Source: Candidatus Xenobia bacterium (GTDB lineage Bacteria; Vulcanimicrobiota; Xenobia; Xenobiales; QWHO01). Taken from it: DNA of 64,000 bases. Shown piece by piece: positions 9,642 through 19,312 of this stretch. Position numbers and translations under genes: made by a program. The stretch spans positions 1 to 64,000 of the forward strand of contig BTUM01000002.1 of assembly GCA_045863235.1 (NCBI GenBank). The letters are read 5' to 3'. The notes below the pieces were generated by a model. That model did not search any database, had not been told where the DNA came from, and was given only the letters and a program-made list of their open reading frames with translations. Every line of letters starts with the position of its first letter. Position 1 is the stretch's first letter.

Positions 9642-10405
9642 CGCTGGGCCCAGCTGGGCGGCGGCGGCGGGGTTGCGTCACCTTCCTGGGCCTGCTGCTG
9701 CTGGGGCGCAGGCTGATTGGAGCCAAACTGTACCGGAGCGGTCGGAACGGCACCGAACTGGGCCGGCGACGGCGTATTGGACCCGAACTGGACCGGTGGC
9801 GAGGCAAGCGGACCGGAAACGAGCTGCCCCTGAGTCTGAGCCTGCACGGGCTGGGTGGTCGGCGCCTGCCAGGTCTGCCCCTGGGTCGGCGGCTGGAACT
9901 GCGTCGGGGGCGGCTGCTGCCCGCCCTGATTGCGTCCACCCATGGCCTCTTTGGCCCACAGGAAGGTTGCCACCGGGCCAGCCACCAGCAACGGCAGAGC
10001 CAGTAACCCGGTGATCCCGTCGCCCATCCCGGCGGCCGAAGCCAGCCCGGAGGCCAGGGCGCTGAAGGCGGCCACCCGGGCCGACTTGTCCAGCATTCCC
10101 TTGTCCTTCAAAGCGCTGAAGCTGCCGTCCTTGCTGGCGAAGGTAAGCGCCACCGCAGCCACGCCGCCCAGCGCGACCGGCAGTCCGAGTAAGCCCAGCA
10201 CCCCCTCCGAGGCACCCGCCGCATAGGCCAGCAGGAGCGCCGTGGCACCCACGGCCGTGCCCCGACTGACCAGATCCACGGTGGCGGGGCGTCCGCTGGG
10301 AACGTATCCGTCCGTCGGCTCAGGTGCCCCCTGGGCCGGGCCCTGGGTCCGATAACCCTGAGGGTTCCACTGGTTGGCGGATACTTGAGCGGTGGTGACG
10401 TTCAC
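9638..10405 (-). CDS. Hypothetical membrane protein with low-complexity N-terminus and Q/P-rich tail
   Basis: GGAGG RBS before GTG; about 4 hydrophobic segments; repeated PVQFG in the tail. Confidence 0.7.
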   Translation of the reverse strand: MNVTTAQVSANQWNPQGYRTQGPAQGAPEPTDGYVPSGRPATVDLVSRGTAVGATALLLAYAAGASEGVLGLLGLPVALGGVAAVALTFASKDGSFSALKDKGMLDKSARVAAFSALASGLASAAGMGDGITGLLALPLLVAGPVATFLWAKEAMGGRNQGGQQPPPTQFQPPTQGQTWQAPTTQPVQAQTQGQLVSGPLASPPVQFGSNTPSPAQFGAVPTAPVQFGSNQPAPQQQQAQEGDATPPPPPSWAQR

Positions 10406-10438
10406 GGCGGAGCCTCCAAAAGTTGCTTGTCTGTGAAC

Positions 10439-10471
10439 AATCTACCGCCGGGCACTGAAAGAGAGCTGAAC
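10439..10471 (-). promoter_or_regulatory. TTTCAGG direct-repeat promoter
   Basis: GTTCAGC-tctc-TTTCAGT-N9-TAGATT upstream of 10405. Confidence 0.65.
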
Positions 10472-10894
10472 TCAATCGGTGTGCAAGATGACCTGAAACT
10501 CCTGGCAACGGGGGCAGATCCCCATGACCACGCCGCAGTCAAAAAAGCCCCCGTCCTCGTACCGATCGCACTGGCCCAGGTGGAAAGCGTTGCCGCCGCA
10601 CTTGGAGCAGCGGGGATCCTCGCGCTGACGGGGGGCCGAGCCGTCGCTGCGCACCTCGAGGTGGCGCGTCTCGCGCTGGCACTCGACACAGCGGACGAAC
10701 ATGGCCCCGATGAAATCCATCTCGTCGCTGGTAGGCTCGTGCTCCAGGCGCGGGATCAAGACCGTCTCGCCGCACGGACACTCCACCAGGCAGAAGCTGA
10801 AGGTCACGTCGCTGGAGGCCCTCCCCTCCCCCAGTCGTTCCCCGGTGGCCTGGCTGAGCACTCTCCAGGCCTCGTTTCTCTCCATGCGTGCCAC
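10472..10894 (-). CDS. Cys-rich hypothetical protein (putative zinc ribbons)
   Basis: CPCG, CVEC, CSKCG, CPRC motifs. Confidence 0.6.
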   Translation of the reverse strand: MARMERNEAWRVLSQATGERLGEGRASSDVTFSFCLVECPCGETVLIPRLEHEPTSDEMDFIGAMFVRCVECQRETRHLEVRSDGSAPRQREDPRCSKCGGNAFHLGQCDRYEDGGFFDCGVVMGICPRCQEFQVILHTD

Positions 10895-10932
10895 TCCCAG
10901 GAAGGTTAGTCGGGAGGTGGAATTCCCAACCG

Positions 10933-11739
10933 ATGCTCGCTCCCCTGCCCGTCGACCGACGCCAGAACCTGAGCTACGAAGAGTTCACCGCCGAGTATGC
11001 GGTACCCAACCGACCGGTCATCCTGGAGAACCTGACCGCCGAGTGGCCCGCCCAGAAACTCTGGACGCCCGACTTCTTTCGCGTTCGCTACGGCCACCTG
11101 CGGGTCACCGTATCACGGGCCGCCCGCAAGACCGAGTTACCGGTCACCATGAGCCTGGATGAATATGTTCGCTATTTGCAGGCAACCACCGAGAAGCGGC
11201 CCTGGTATCTCACCAGCTGGGATTTCACCGCCGCGGCGCCCGAGCTGAGAAACGACTTCAGCCTGCCGCGCTATTTCGCCGAGGATTTCATCGCCGAGTT
11301 GCCGGAGGCGGTGCGCCCGCGGCTGCTCTGGCTCTTCATGGGGCCACCCGGCTCAGGCTTTCGCATGCACGTGGACGTGGGTCACACGGCCGCCTGGAAC
11401 GCCCAGCTGATCGGACGCAAAGAGTGGATCTTGTACGCACCCGATGAGGCGGAGAACGTTTATCAGGGCCGGGCCGACGCCTTCAGCCCCGACCTGGAGC
11501 GCTTCCCTCGCCTGAAGCAAGCGCAGGCACGCACGGCCACGCTCGGCCCCGGCGACGTGATCTTTACCCCCAGTTGCTGGTGGCACCAGACCAGAATCCT
11601 GGAGACCAGCCTCTCGCTGACCGGCAACTACGTCAACCACACCAACCTGGCTCTGGTCCTGGAGTATCTGAGGGGGCAACCGGATACCCTCGAGCTGGCC
11701 GAGCAACTCGAGCGCATCGCTCAGCTCCAGCCGAAGTAA
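10933..11739 (+). CDS. JmjC/cupin-8 Fe(II)/2-oxoglutarate oxygenase (JMJD6-like)
   Basis: NRPVIL, WLFMGPPGSGFRMHVD, GRKEWIL, PGDVIFTPSCWWHQ (HxD...H triad). Confidence 0.88.
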   Translation: MLAPLPVDRRQNLSYEEFTAEYAVPNRPVILENLTAEWPAQKLWTPDFFRVRYGHLRVTVSRAARKTELPVTMSLDEYVRYLQATTEKRPWYLTSWDFTAAAPELRNDFSLPRYFAEDFIAELPEAVRPRLLWLFMGPPGSGFRMHVDVGHTAAWNAQLIGRKEWILYAPDEAENVYQGRADAFSPDLERFPRLKQAQARTATLGPGDVIFTPSCWWHQTRILETSLSLTGNYVNHTNLALVLEYLRGQPDTLELAEQLERIAQLQPK

Positions 11740-12821
11740 TCGCGCATCTTCAGGTACACTTCGGGGCTCTGGATCAGCTCCCCGTGCTTGCTGGTCTTGT
11801 CTTGCAAGACCTCAACCGGCAAGCCTTCCAGAGCCAGACTACCGACCGGCACCATGCCATCCCCTTTGCCTGGCCAGCTGATCGTCGTGCCCACCGTCAT
11901 GCGCGAGGCGGCGCCCAGGTGCAGCACCGCTTCCACGCTATCCCGCTGCCGGGGCCAGCGACTGTTCAGGTCGGCCCGAGGCTCAGAGTTCGGGCGCAGC
12001 CACTCCAGGGCCCGCCGGTCCTCTTCGCGCACGTCCTTACCCACCAGCAGCCACTGGGTGTCCCAGCCCCGAGCCTTTCCGTTCAGCAGGCCCAGCGACA
12101 GACCGGCCAGGCCCGCACCTTGCTGGGGCGTGGCGATGAACAACAGCTTCCCCACGCCGTGGTCTTCGTTCTGGTCCACGAAGAGCCGGGTGGCCAGACC
12201 GCCCATGCTGAAGGCGGTGACGTCCACCACCTCCTGGCCGGTGAGCTTCTTGATGGCGGCCAGGTTCTGACTCAACTCGGGCTGGGCTTCGTCAGGCGCC
12301 ATGCGGTTGGAGGTGAGCACGCTCACGAAGACCTTCATGCCCGGATCGGGGTTGGCCAGCGGCTGTTGGCACTGCGGGTCGGAGAAGAACTGCCCTTGCT
12401 GCACGTAGCCCACTCGTCCACCATTGCCGCCATTCTCGGTCAGCTTCTGGCCAATCGGTCCGAACCGCTCGATGTGGGTGTGCCAGCCGTGCACGAACAC
12501 CAGCGGTCGCTGAATGCTGGCCGAAGGAAGCGGGCCCAGCTCACTGGGCGGAATGTTGGGCTTGCGATAGGTCGGGGTCTTCCCCACGGCGCAGACAACC
12601 TTGCCCACGCAGTGGGCGACCGGTCCGAACAAGGCCGCCCGGCAGGCACCCGAGGCTGCCGCCAGGGCCTGGGCTCCCAGGCCCTTCTTGCAGGGGGGAG
12701 CGGGCGACTGCGACGGCAGGGGGTCTACCCTGTCCGGAGCCGGCGTCTCAGGGGTAGAAGAAGACCGGACGGGCCGATCCCAGTGCACAGACAGAGGCAG
12801 CAAGGCTGCTCGAGCGATCAT
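11721..12821 (-). CDS. Alpha/beta hydrolase (lipase/PGAP1-like) with N-terminal low-complexity leader
   Basis: PLVFVHGW, AFSMGG nucleophile elbow, IATPQQG, GDGMVP, His in KHGEL. Confidence 0.82.
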   Translation of the reverse strand: MIARAALLPLSVHWDRPVRSSSTPETPAPDRVDPLPSQSPAPPCKKGLGAQALAAASGACRAALFGPVAHCVGKVVCAVGKTPTYRKPNIPPSELGPLPSASIQRPLVFVHGWHTHIERFGPIGQKLTENGGNGGRVGYVQQGQFFSDPQCQQPLANPDPGMKVFVSVLTSNRMAPDEAQPELSQNLAAIKKLTGQEVVDVTAFSMGGLATRLFVDQNEDHGVGKLLFIATPQQGAGLAGLSLGLLNGKARGWDTQWLLVGKDVREEDRRALEWLRPNSEPRADLNSRWPRQRDSVEAVLHLGAASRMTVGTTISWPGKGDGMVPVGSLALEGLPVEVLQDKTSKHGELIQSPEVYLKMRDYFGWS

Positions 12822-12827
12822 AAGGGC

Positions 12828-12860
12828 AGTTTATTCGGGTGGCCTGAAAGGAACTTGAAG
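12828..12860 (-). promoter_or_regulatory. TTTCAGG direct-repeat promoter, probably leaderless
   Basis: CTTCAAG-ttcc-TTTCAGG-N9-TAAACT-N6-ATG(12821). Confidence 0.7.
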
Positions 12861-12886
12861 CCTTGCTGGTCAATCAGCCCCGCCTG

Positions 12887-15800
12887 ATGGCGATCGCAAT
12901 CGTAGGCATGGGAGCGGTGCTTCCCGGAGCCAAAAGTCTCGAGGAATTCTGGCAGAACCTGGCAGCCGGCCGCTCGGCCGCGCGCGAGGTTCCAGCCTCG
13001 CGCTGGGCCTTCCAACCCGAGGTGGGAAAGGGTCCCGACCAGGTGGCCTCGCGCATTGCCTGCCTGCTCGACGAGCTGCCCGGCGGTCACCCCGACCCGG
13101 TCTGCCAGCTTGCCCTGGCGGCCGGGCGCCAGGCCTTCGCCCAGGCCCGCACCGAGGGACTGGATCGCTCCCGGGTCGGGGTTATTCTGGCCTCCATGGC
13201 CCTGCCCACCGAGCTCTCCTCGGCCCACAGCTTGAGTGTGCTCGAGCGGGGCCAGGGTCGGCCCGAGGACCGCGCCGCCGTCAGCCTGCCCGCGGCCGAG
13301 TTGGCACGCGATCTGGGACTGGGCGGCGGCAGCTTCACCCTGGATGCGGCCTGCGCCAGCAGCCTGTACGCCCTCAAGTTCGCCTGCGACGAGCTTGTGA
13401 GCGGGCGGCGCGACGCCATGCTGGCCGGCGGCCTGAATCGCTCCGACAGCCTCTACACCCAGATCGGCTTCACCGCCCTGCAGGCCCTGAGCTCGAGCGG
13501 CGTGTGCCGGCCCTTCGACCGGCGCGGGGACGGCCTGGTGGTGGGGGAAGGAGCCGCCGTCTTCCTGCTCAAGCGCCTGAAGGACGCGCGCCGCGACGGC
13601 GACCGGGTGCTGGGCATCATCCGCGGCATCGGCCTGTCGAACGATACGGGCGGCAGCCTGCTGGCGCCCGACGCGGAGGGCCAGCTACGAGCCATGCGGG
13701 CGGCTTACCGGCAGGCTGGCTGGAGCCCCGGCCAGGTCGACCTGGTGGAGTGCCATGGCACCGGCACCGCCGCGGGCGATCAGACTGAGCTGCTGAGCCT
13801 GCGCGAGATGTGGGGCGACGAGCCGCGAGGTTGCGCCATCGGCTCGGTCAAGTCGATGATCGGGCACCTCTTGACCGGCGCCAGCGCGGCTGGCCTGGTC
13901 AAGGTGCTGCTGGGAATGCAGCACGAGACGATCCCTCCCCACCTGAACTTCGAGCAGCCACTTCCTGCACTGGAAGGCTCTCCCTTCGTGGTGCCGACCC
14001 GAGCGGAGAGCTGGCCACGGAGGGCCCCGGACGTGCCTCGCCGGGCAGCCGTGAGCGGCTTCGGCTTTGGCGGCGTCAATGGCCACTTGCTGCTGGAAGA
14101 GGACCTGGGCCAGGAGGTGCCCGAGCCCCCCGGCAAGCCCTCCCACCCCATCGCCATCGTAGGCCTGGGTGCGCACATCGGCCCCCACACCCATCGTGAC
14201 GCCTGGCTGCGGGCCGCTCTCAAGGGCGAGTCGGCGGCCGGACGGGTGGGCGAGGTCGCCCTCCCGGTCGGCAAGTTCCGGGTGCCTCCCCACGATCTGC
14301 CCTCGCTTTTGCCCCAGCAGCTCCTGATGCTGAACGTGGCCGCTCAGGCGGTGGAGGACGCTGGCCTGGAGCTGAACGGCCCCCAGCCCTCCATGGGGAC
14401 CTACATCGGTGTGAGTCTCGATGCGGAGACCAACAACTACCACCATCGCTGGGTGCGCGGACCCCAGGTGCATCCCGCCCTGGACTCCACCCGCACCCTG
14501 GGAGCCCTGGCCAGCATCGTGGCCAGCCGCGTGGCCCGCGAGCTCTCGCTGGGCGGGCCCAGCTTCAGCCTGTCGGCCGAGGAGGTATCCGGTCTCAAAG
14601 CCCTCGAGCTGGCCGTGCGCGCCCTGCAGCAGGGCGAGCTGGACTGCGCCCTGGTGGGGGCGGTGGATCTTTATGCCGACCCGCGCTCGCTGCACGCTCA
14701 CAAGCAGCTCTTCCCCTCCCTGCCGGCCGGCGAGGGGGCTGTGGCCCTGGTCTTGAAGCGGCTCGGCGATTGTGCCCCGGACCAGAAGATCTACGCCCTG
14801 ATCGGAGGTGTGGGCGCGGCCAACACGCCCAGGCTGGCCCTGGAGCGCAGCGGAGCCAGCGGCTTCTCGCTTTTCGATGGCCCCGAGCTGCCTGCCGCCG
14901 ACCGTCTTTGCGCCGTCACCGAGCTGAGCGACCACCTGGGCGCGGTCACCGGCCTGGCCGCCCTGGCCCGGGCGGCCGCCTGTCTCTACCACCAGCTGCT
15001 GCCCGCCGGACCGGCCGGGGCCCGAGTCGAGGAGCCCCTGCACGTGACCCGCGAGCCCCTCTACTGGTTCCGCGATCGGATCCAGGGCCCACGCCGGGCC
15101 GCAGTGGCCTATCCGGCTCGCGACGGCAACGCGATGGCGGTCATGCTCGAAGGGCTCGAGCAGCCACCTCCGCGCCTCTACGATCTGCCCGCCGCCATCT
15201 TCTGCTTCGCTCCCGACCAGATTCCCGCGTTGCGGGCCCGGCTGGCCGAGGACTTCACCTCCCTGGCTCGCTCCTGGCAGGGCCAGCCCATCTTTGCCTG
15301 CGTGGCTTCCAGCCCGGCCGGCCTGAAGGACGCCCTGGACCTGGCCGAGCAGCACCTGGAGCGCCACCGGGAGGTCCCCTTACGGGGCCAGAGCGGCCTT
15401 TTCTACGCTCCGACGCCCCTGGGGCAGGGTGAGGTGGCCTTCGTCTATCCCGGCTCGGGTAGCCACTTCCTGGGGATGGGCCGCGAGCTGGCGCGCAGCT
15501 TCCCCGAGCTGGTCCACGCCCTGGACCAGGAGACCGAGGAGCTCTCCACCCACTTCATGACCCGCTACTACACCCCCTATCGGGGCGATTTTGGCCCCGA
15601 CTGGCGCGAGCTGGCGCGGCGTGACATCGAGGCAGATCCCCATCACATGATCTTTGGCCAGGTCTGTTTTGGCATTCTGGCCACCCGGGTCGCCCTGGCG
15701 CTGGGCCTCACAGCCCAGGCGGCGCTGGGCTACTCGCTGGGGGAGTCGTCCGCCCTCTTCTCGCTGGGCGCCTGGACCGAGCGAGACCTGATCTACCGGC

Positions 15801-18800
15801 GCATCCAGCAGTCTCCCCTGTTCAGCCAGGAACTGGGGGGCGAGTGCCGAGCCGCCCGCCAGGTGCTGGGCGAGCCGTTTGCCTGGAAAGTGGTCGTGGT
15901 CAACCGCGGTGCCCAGGCGGTGAGCGCGGCTCTGGTAAGCGGCAGCTACCTCTTGATCGTGAACACCGATTCCGAGTGCGTGATCGGAGGGCATTGCGAG
16001 GCTGTGGACCGGGTGGTCTCCACCCTGCGGTGCGAAGCCTTCGAGCTGGCCGGAGTGCCCACGGTGCACTGCGAGTTGATCGAGCCTGTGGCCAGGCCGT
16101 ACTATGAGCTGCACCTGCTGAGCGTGAAGGTCGTGCCTCAGCGGTTCTACTCGGGGCACTGGACCCGCGCTTACGAGCTTTCCAGCGAGAGCTGCGCCCG
16201 CTCGATTCTCGAGCAGGCCGAGTCGGGCCTGGACTACCCAGCCACCGTGCGGCAGGCTTACGCCGACGGAGTACGGGTGTTCCTGGAGATGGGGCCGGGC
16301 AGCTCCTGCTCACGGATGATCGACCTCATTTTGGAGGATCAGCCCCACCTGGCCCGTTCCCTGAGCGCCGGCTCGGAGGATGAGGTGGGGCCGCTCTTGC
16401 GGATGTTGGCTTCCTGTCTGGTGGAGCGAGTCCCGGGGGTGTCGCTGGAGCCGCTCTACGCACTGGGTCCGGCTCCTCCCCCGCCTCAGGCCGAGCAAGT
16501 CGTACGGGTCCAGGTGGGGATCGTGCCCAAGCCTGCCCGGGAGCCCGAGCGCCCGGTGGCCCCTGCGGCGGAGAGCGTGCGGCCGGCCCCGGTCAGGGTT
16601 GCGGTCGCGACCCCGGCGACCAGCGCGCCCGTGGCAGCCGTGGCCAGCAGGCCGCAGGCTCCACTGGGCGAGCTGGAGCAGCAGGTGCTGGCCGCCGCCG
16701 CCGCCCGCGCCGAGGCCCATGATGCCTACCTCCGCTTCTCCAGCCAGAACCTGGCCGGAATGGGCCAGGCGGTGCAATTGCAGACCCGCTTGCTGGAGAG
16801 CATGGTTGGAGGCGCTCGGCTGGCAGTCGCTCCTGTGGCCATCGCTCCTGTGGCCATCGCTCCGCCCCCCCCTCCCCCGCCGCTCTTTGCGCGCGAGCTT
16901 TGCATGGAGTTTGCCATCGGCTCCATTGCCCGGGTGCTCGGGCCCGAGTTCGCCGAGGTGGACAGCTACCCCACCCGCGTGCGCCTGCCCGACGAGCCCC
17001 TCATGCTGGTGGACCGCATCATGGCCGTCGAGGGGGAGCCTCGCTCGCTGGGGGCCGGGCGCGTCGTCACCGAGCACGACGTCCTCCCGGGGGCCTGGTA
17101 CCTCGACTGCGGGCGGGCTCCCGTGTGCATCAGCGTGGAGGCCGGCCAGGCCGACCTGTTCCTGTCGGCCTACCTGGGCATCGACCTGGCCACCAAGGGC
17201 CTCCGGGTCTACCGCCTGCTGGACGCGGAGGTCTTCTTCCACCGCGGCCTTCCACGGGCCGGCGAAACCATCCAGTACGACATCCGCATCGACCGCTTCG
17301 TGCGCCAGGGTGAGTCCTATCTGTTCTTCTTCCGCTTCGAGGGCAGCATCAACGGAGAGCCCCTCATCACCATGCAAAATGGCTGTGCCGGATTTTTCAC
17401 CTACGCCGAGATCGAAGGCTCGGGCGGCATCCTGGAGGCCGGGAACCTGCCCCCAGATCCGCGCGCCTTCCCCCCCGACTGGACCCCCCTGACCCCCTTC
17501 GAGGGGCGCGAGAGCTATTCCGACGAGCAGGTCGAGGCCCTGCGCCGGGGCGATCTGGCCGGCTGCTTCGGCCCGGCCTTCGCCGACCTCGGTCTGCGCG
17601 ACCCGGCCCGCCTGCCCGGTCCACCCATGAACCTGCTCCACCGCGTGCTCGAGGTCGATCCCCGGGGCGGACGATTCGGCCTGGGCCGGGTGGTGGCCGA
17701 GGCCGACATCCAGCCCGACAACTGGTTTCTGACCTGCCACTTCGTGGACGACATGGTCATGCCCGGCACCTTGATGTACGAGTGCTGCGCCCACACCCTG
17801 CGCTTTTTCTTGTTGCGCCTGGGCTGGGTGGCCGAGGCCAGCGAGGTCGCCTACGAGCCCATCTGCGGCATTCCCGCGGTGCTGCGCTGCCGAGGTCCGG
17901 TCACGGCCAGCACCCGCAAGGTGATCTACGAGGTCGAAATCAGCGAGATCGGCTACCGTCCCGAGCCCTACGTGCTGGCCGACGCGCTCATGTACGCCGA
18001 CGGCAAACCGATCGTGCGCTTCACCGGGATGAGCATGCAGCTCACCGGCCTGACCCGCGAGGTGCTGGCCGCCCGCTGGGCCCAACCCGCCCCCCTCTAC
18101 GACGCTCAGAGCATCCTCGAGTTCTCGGTAGGCCGCCCCTCGCTGGCTTTCGGCGAGCCCTACCGGGTCTTCGACTCCGAACGCCGGATCGCGCGTCTGC
18201 CCGGCCCGCCCTATCTCTTCATGGACCGGGTGGTGGAGGTCAACCAGCCCCCCTGGGAGCTCAAGCCGGGCGGCTGGATCGAAAGTCACTACGACATCCC
18301 GCGTCATGCCTGGTACTTTGGCGCCAATCGCCAGTCCACCATGCCGTTCTGCGTGCTGCTGGAAGCCGCCCTGCAGCCCTGCGGCTGGCTGGCCGCCTAC
18401 CTGGGCTCGGCCCTGCGCAGCCCTCAGGACATGCACTTTCGTAACCTGGGAGGCACGGCCGTGCTGCACCGCGAGGTGTGGCCCGAGGACGGCACGATGC
18501 GAGTGCGGGTGAAGATGACCGATGTCAGCGAGGCGGGCGGCATGATCATCGAGAACTTCGCGATGCAGGTGCTGCTGGGCCAGGAGATGGTGTACGAAGG
18601 CACCACCAACTTCGGCTTCTTCTCGGCCGCGGCCCTGGCCCAGCAACTCGGAGTGCGCGACGCGGTGCGCTACCTTCCCCCCTCCCAGGGCCGGGCCTTC
18701 GAGCTCCCCGTCCTCGAGCCGCTGCGGCCCGAGGAGCCCGCCCTGGCCGGCCTGGGCCTGCCCGGCAAGGCGCTCTTGATGATGGATCGGGTGGATTGCT

Positions 18801-19195
18801 GGCTAAGCGAGGGCGGTCCGGCCGGGCTCGGATTCATCCGAGGGGTGAAAACGGTCGATCCCGAGGAGTGGTTCTTCAAGGCCCACTTCTATCAGGATCC
18901 CGTCTGGCCCGGCTCGCTGGGGTTGGAAGCCTTCCTGCAGCTTTTGAAGATCGTGGCTTTCGAGCGCTGGCCCGAGTTAGCCGCCACCCAACGGGTGGAG
19001 GCGATCACCGTGGGCCAGGAGCACACCTGGATCTATCGCGGACAGGTCATCCCTCCCAATCGCAAGGTGGAAGTGGAGGCCTGCATCACGGCGATCGAGG
19101 GGCACTCGCTCACGGCAGACGGCTACCTGGTGGTGGACGGGTTGCCCATCTACCAGATGAAGAACTTCGGGATCCGCCTGGTGCCGATCTCCTGA
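12887..19195 (+). CDS. Iterative PUFA synthase subunit, Pfa3/PfaBC-type (KS-CLF-AT-DH'-DH-DH'-DH)
   Basis: KS DAACASS, HGTGT, KSMIGH; second KS lacks the catalytic Cys (SAEEVSG, CLF); AT GYSLG; FabA-like DH motifs WFLTCHFVDDMVMPG and WFFKAHFYQDPVWPG plus two pseudo-DH. Confidence 0.9.
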   Translation: MAIAIVGMGAVLPGAKSLEEFWQNLAAGRSAAREVPASRWAFQPEVGKGPDQVASRIACLLDELPGGHPDPVCQLALAAGRQAFAQARTEGLDRSRVGVILASMALPTELSSAHSLSVLERGQGRPEDRAAVSLPAAELARDLGLGGGSFTLDAACASSLYALKFACDELVSGRRDAMLAGGLNRSDSLYTQIGFTALQALSSSGVCRPFDRRGDGLVVGEGAAVFLLKRLKDARRDGDRVLGIIRGIGLSNDTGGSLLAPDAEGQLRAMRAAYRQAGWSPGQVDLVECHGTGTAAGDQTELLSLREMWGDEPRGCAIGSVKSMIGHLLTGASAAGLVKVLLGMQHETIPPHLNFEQPLPALEGSPFVVPTRAESWPRRAPDVPRRAAVSGFGFGGVNGHLLLEEDLGQEVPEPPGKPSHPIAIVGLGAHIGPHTHRDAWLRAALKGESAAGRVGEVALPVGKFRVPPHDLPSLLPQQLLMLNVAAQAVEDAGLELNGPQPSMGTYIGVSLDAETNNYHHRWVRGPQVHPALDSTRTLGALASIVASRVARELSLGGPSFSLSAEEVSGLKALELAVRALQQGELDCALVGAVDLYADPRSLHAHKQLFPSLPAGEGAVALVLKRLGDCAPDQKIYALIGGVGAANTPRLALERSGASGFSLFDGPELPAADRLCAVTELSDHLGAVTGLAALARAAACLYHQLLPAGPAGARVEEPLHVTREPLYWFRDRIQGPRRAAVAYPARDGNAMAVMLEGLEQPPPRLYDLPAAIFCFAPDQIPALRARLAEDFTSLARSWQGQPIFACVASSPAGLKDALDLAEQHLERHREVPLRGQSGLFYAPTPLGQGEVAFVYPGSGSHFLGMGRELARSFPELVHALDQETEELSTHFMTRYYTPYRGDFGPDWRELARRDIEADPHHMIFGQVCFGILATRVALALGLTAQAALGYSLGESSALFSLGAWTERDLIYRRIQQSPLFSQELGGECRAARQVLGEPFAWKVVVVNRGAQAVSAALVSGSYLLIVNTDSECVIGGHCEAVDRVVSTLRCEAFELAGVPTVHCELIEPVARPYYELHLLSVKVVPQRFYSGHWTRAYELSSESCARSILEQAESGLDYPATVRQAYADGVRVFLEMGPGSSCSRMIDLILEDQPHLARSLSAGSEDEVGPLLRMLASCLVERVPGVSLEPLYALGPAPPPPQAEQVVRVQVGIVPKPAREPERPVAPAAESVRPAPVRVAVATPATSAPVAAVASRPQAPLGELEQQVLAAAAARAEAHDAYLRFSSQNLAGMGQAVQLQTRLLESMVGGARLAVAPVAIAPVAIAPPPPPPPLFARELCMEFAIGSIARVLGPEFAEVDSYPTRVRLPDEPLMLVDRIMAVEGEPRSLGAGRVVTEHDVLPGAWYLDCGRAPVCISVEAGQADLFLSAYLGIDLATKGLRVYRLLDAEVFFHRGLPRAGETIQYDIRIDRFVRQGESYLFFFRFEGSINGEPLITMQNGCAGFFTYAEIEGSGGILEAGNLPPDPRAFPPDWTPLTPFEGRESYSDEQVEALRRGDLAGCFGPAFADLGLRDPARLPGPPMNLLHRVLEVDPRGGRFGLGRVVAEADIQPDNWFLTCHFVDDMVMPGTLMYECCAHTLRFFLLRLGWVAEASEVAYEPICGIPAVLRCRGPVTASTRKVIYEVEISEIGYRPEPYVLADALMYADGKPIVRFTGMSMQLTGLTREVLAARWAQPAPLYDAQSILEFSVGRPSLAFGEPYRVFDSERRIARLPGPPYLFMDRVVEVNQPPWELKPGGWIESHYDIPRHAWYFGANRQSTMPFCVLLEAALQPCGWLAAYLGSALRSPQDMHFRNLGGTAVLHREVWPEDGTMRVRVKMTDVSEAGGMIIENFAMQVLLGQEMVYEGTTNFGFFSAAALAQQLGVRDAVRYLPPSQGRAFELPVLEPLRPEEPALAGLGLPGKALLMMDRVDCWLSEGGPAGLGFIRGVKTVDPEEWFFKAHFYQDPVWPGSLGLEAFLQLLKIVAFERWPELAATQRVEAITVGQEHTWIYRGQVIPPNRKVEVEACITAIEGHSLTADGYLVVDGLPIYQMKNFGIRLVPIS

Positions 19196-19244
19196 TCCAG
19201 CCGGCCATATCCTGGTAACATTTGCTGCCTGGCAGAGACGGTCT

Positions 19245-19277
19245 TTTCTGAATTTGGTAAGAGCCCGGGGTTACTCT
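19245..19277 (+). promoter_or_regulatory. Degenerate direct-repeat promoter
   Basis: TTTCTGA-attt-GGTAAGA-N9-TACTCT; same spacing, weaker second repeat. Confidence 0.4.
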
Positions 19278-19312
19278 CCTGCAAAAGACACAATGACGGT
19301 GGAGAGTTTCCC

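Noticed and set aside
16827..16863. 15-bp tandem duplication (APVAI x2) in the PKS linker
   Set aside because: In-frame slippage in a Pro/Ala linker with no evident functional meaning
13685..18646. Long antisense ORFs (560 and 778 aa) opposite the PUFA synthase; similar shadows opposite mfd, U32, GH4 and the S9 peptidase
   Set aside because: Expected shadow frames of high-GC coding DNA; no recognisable motifs
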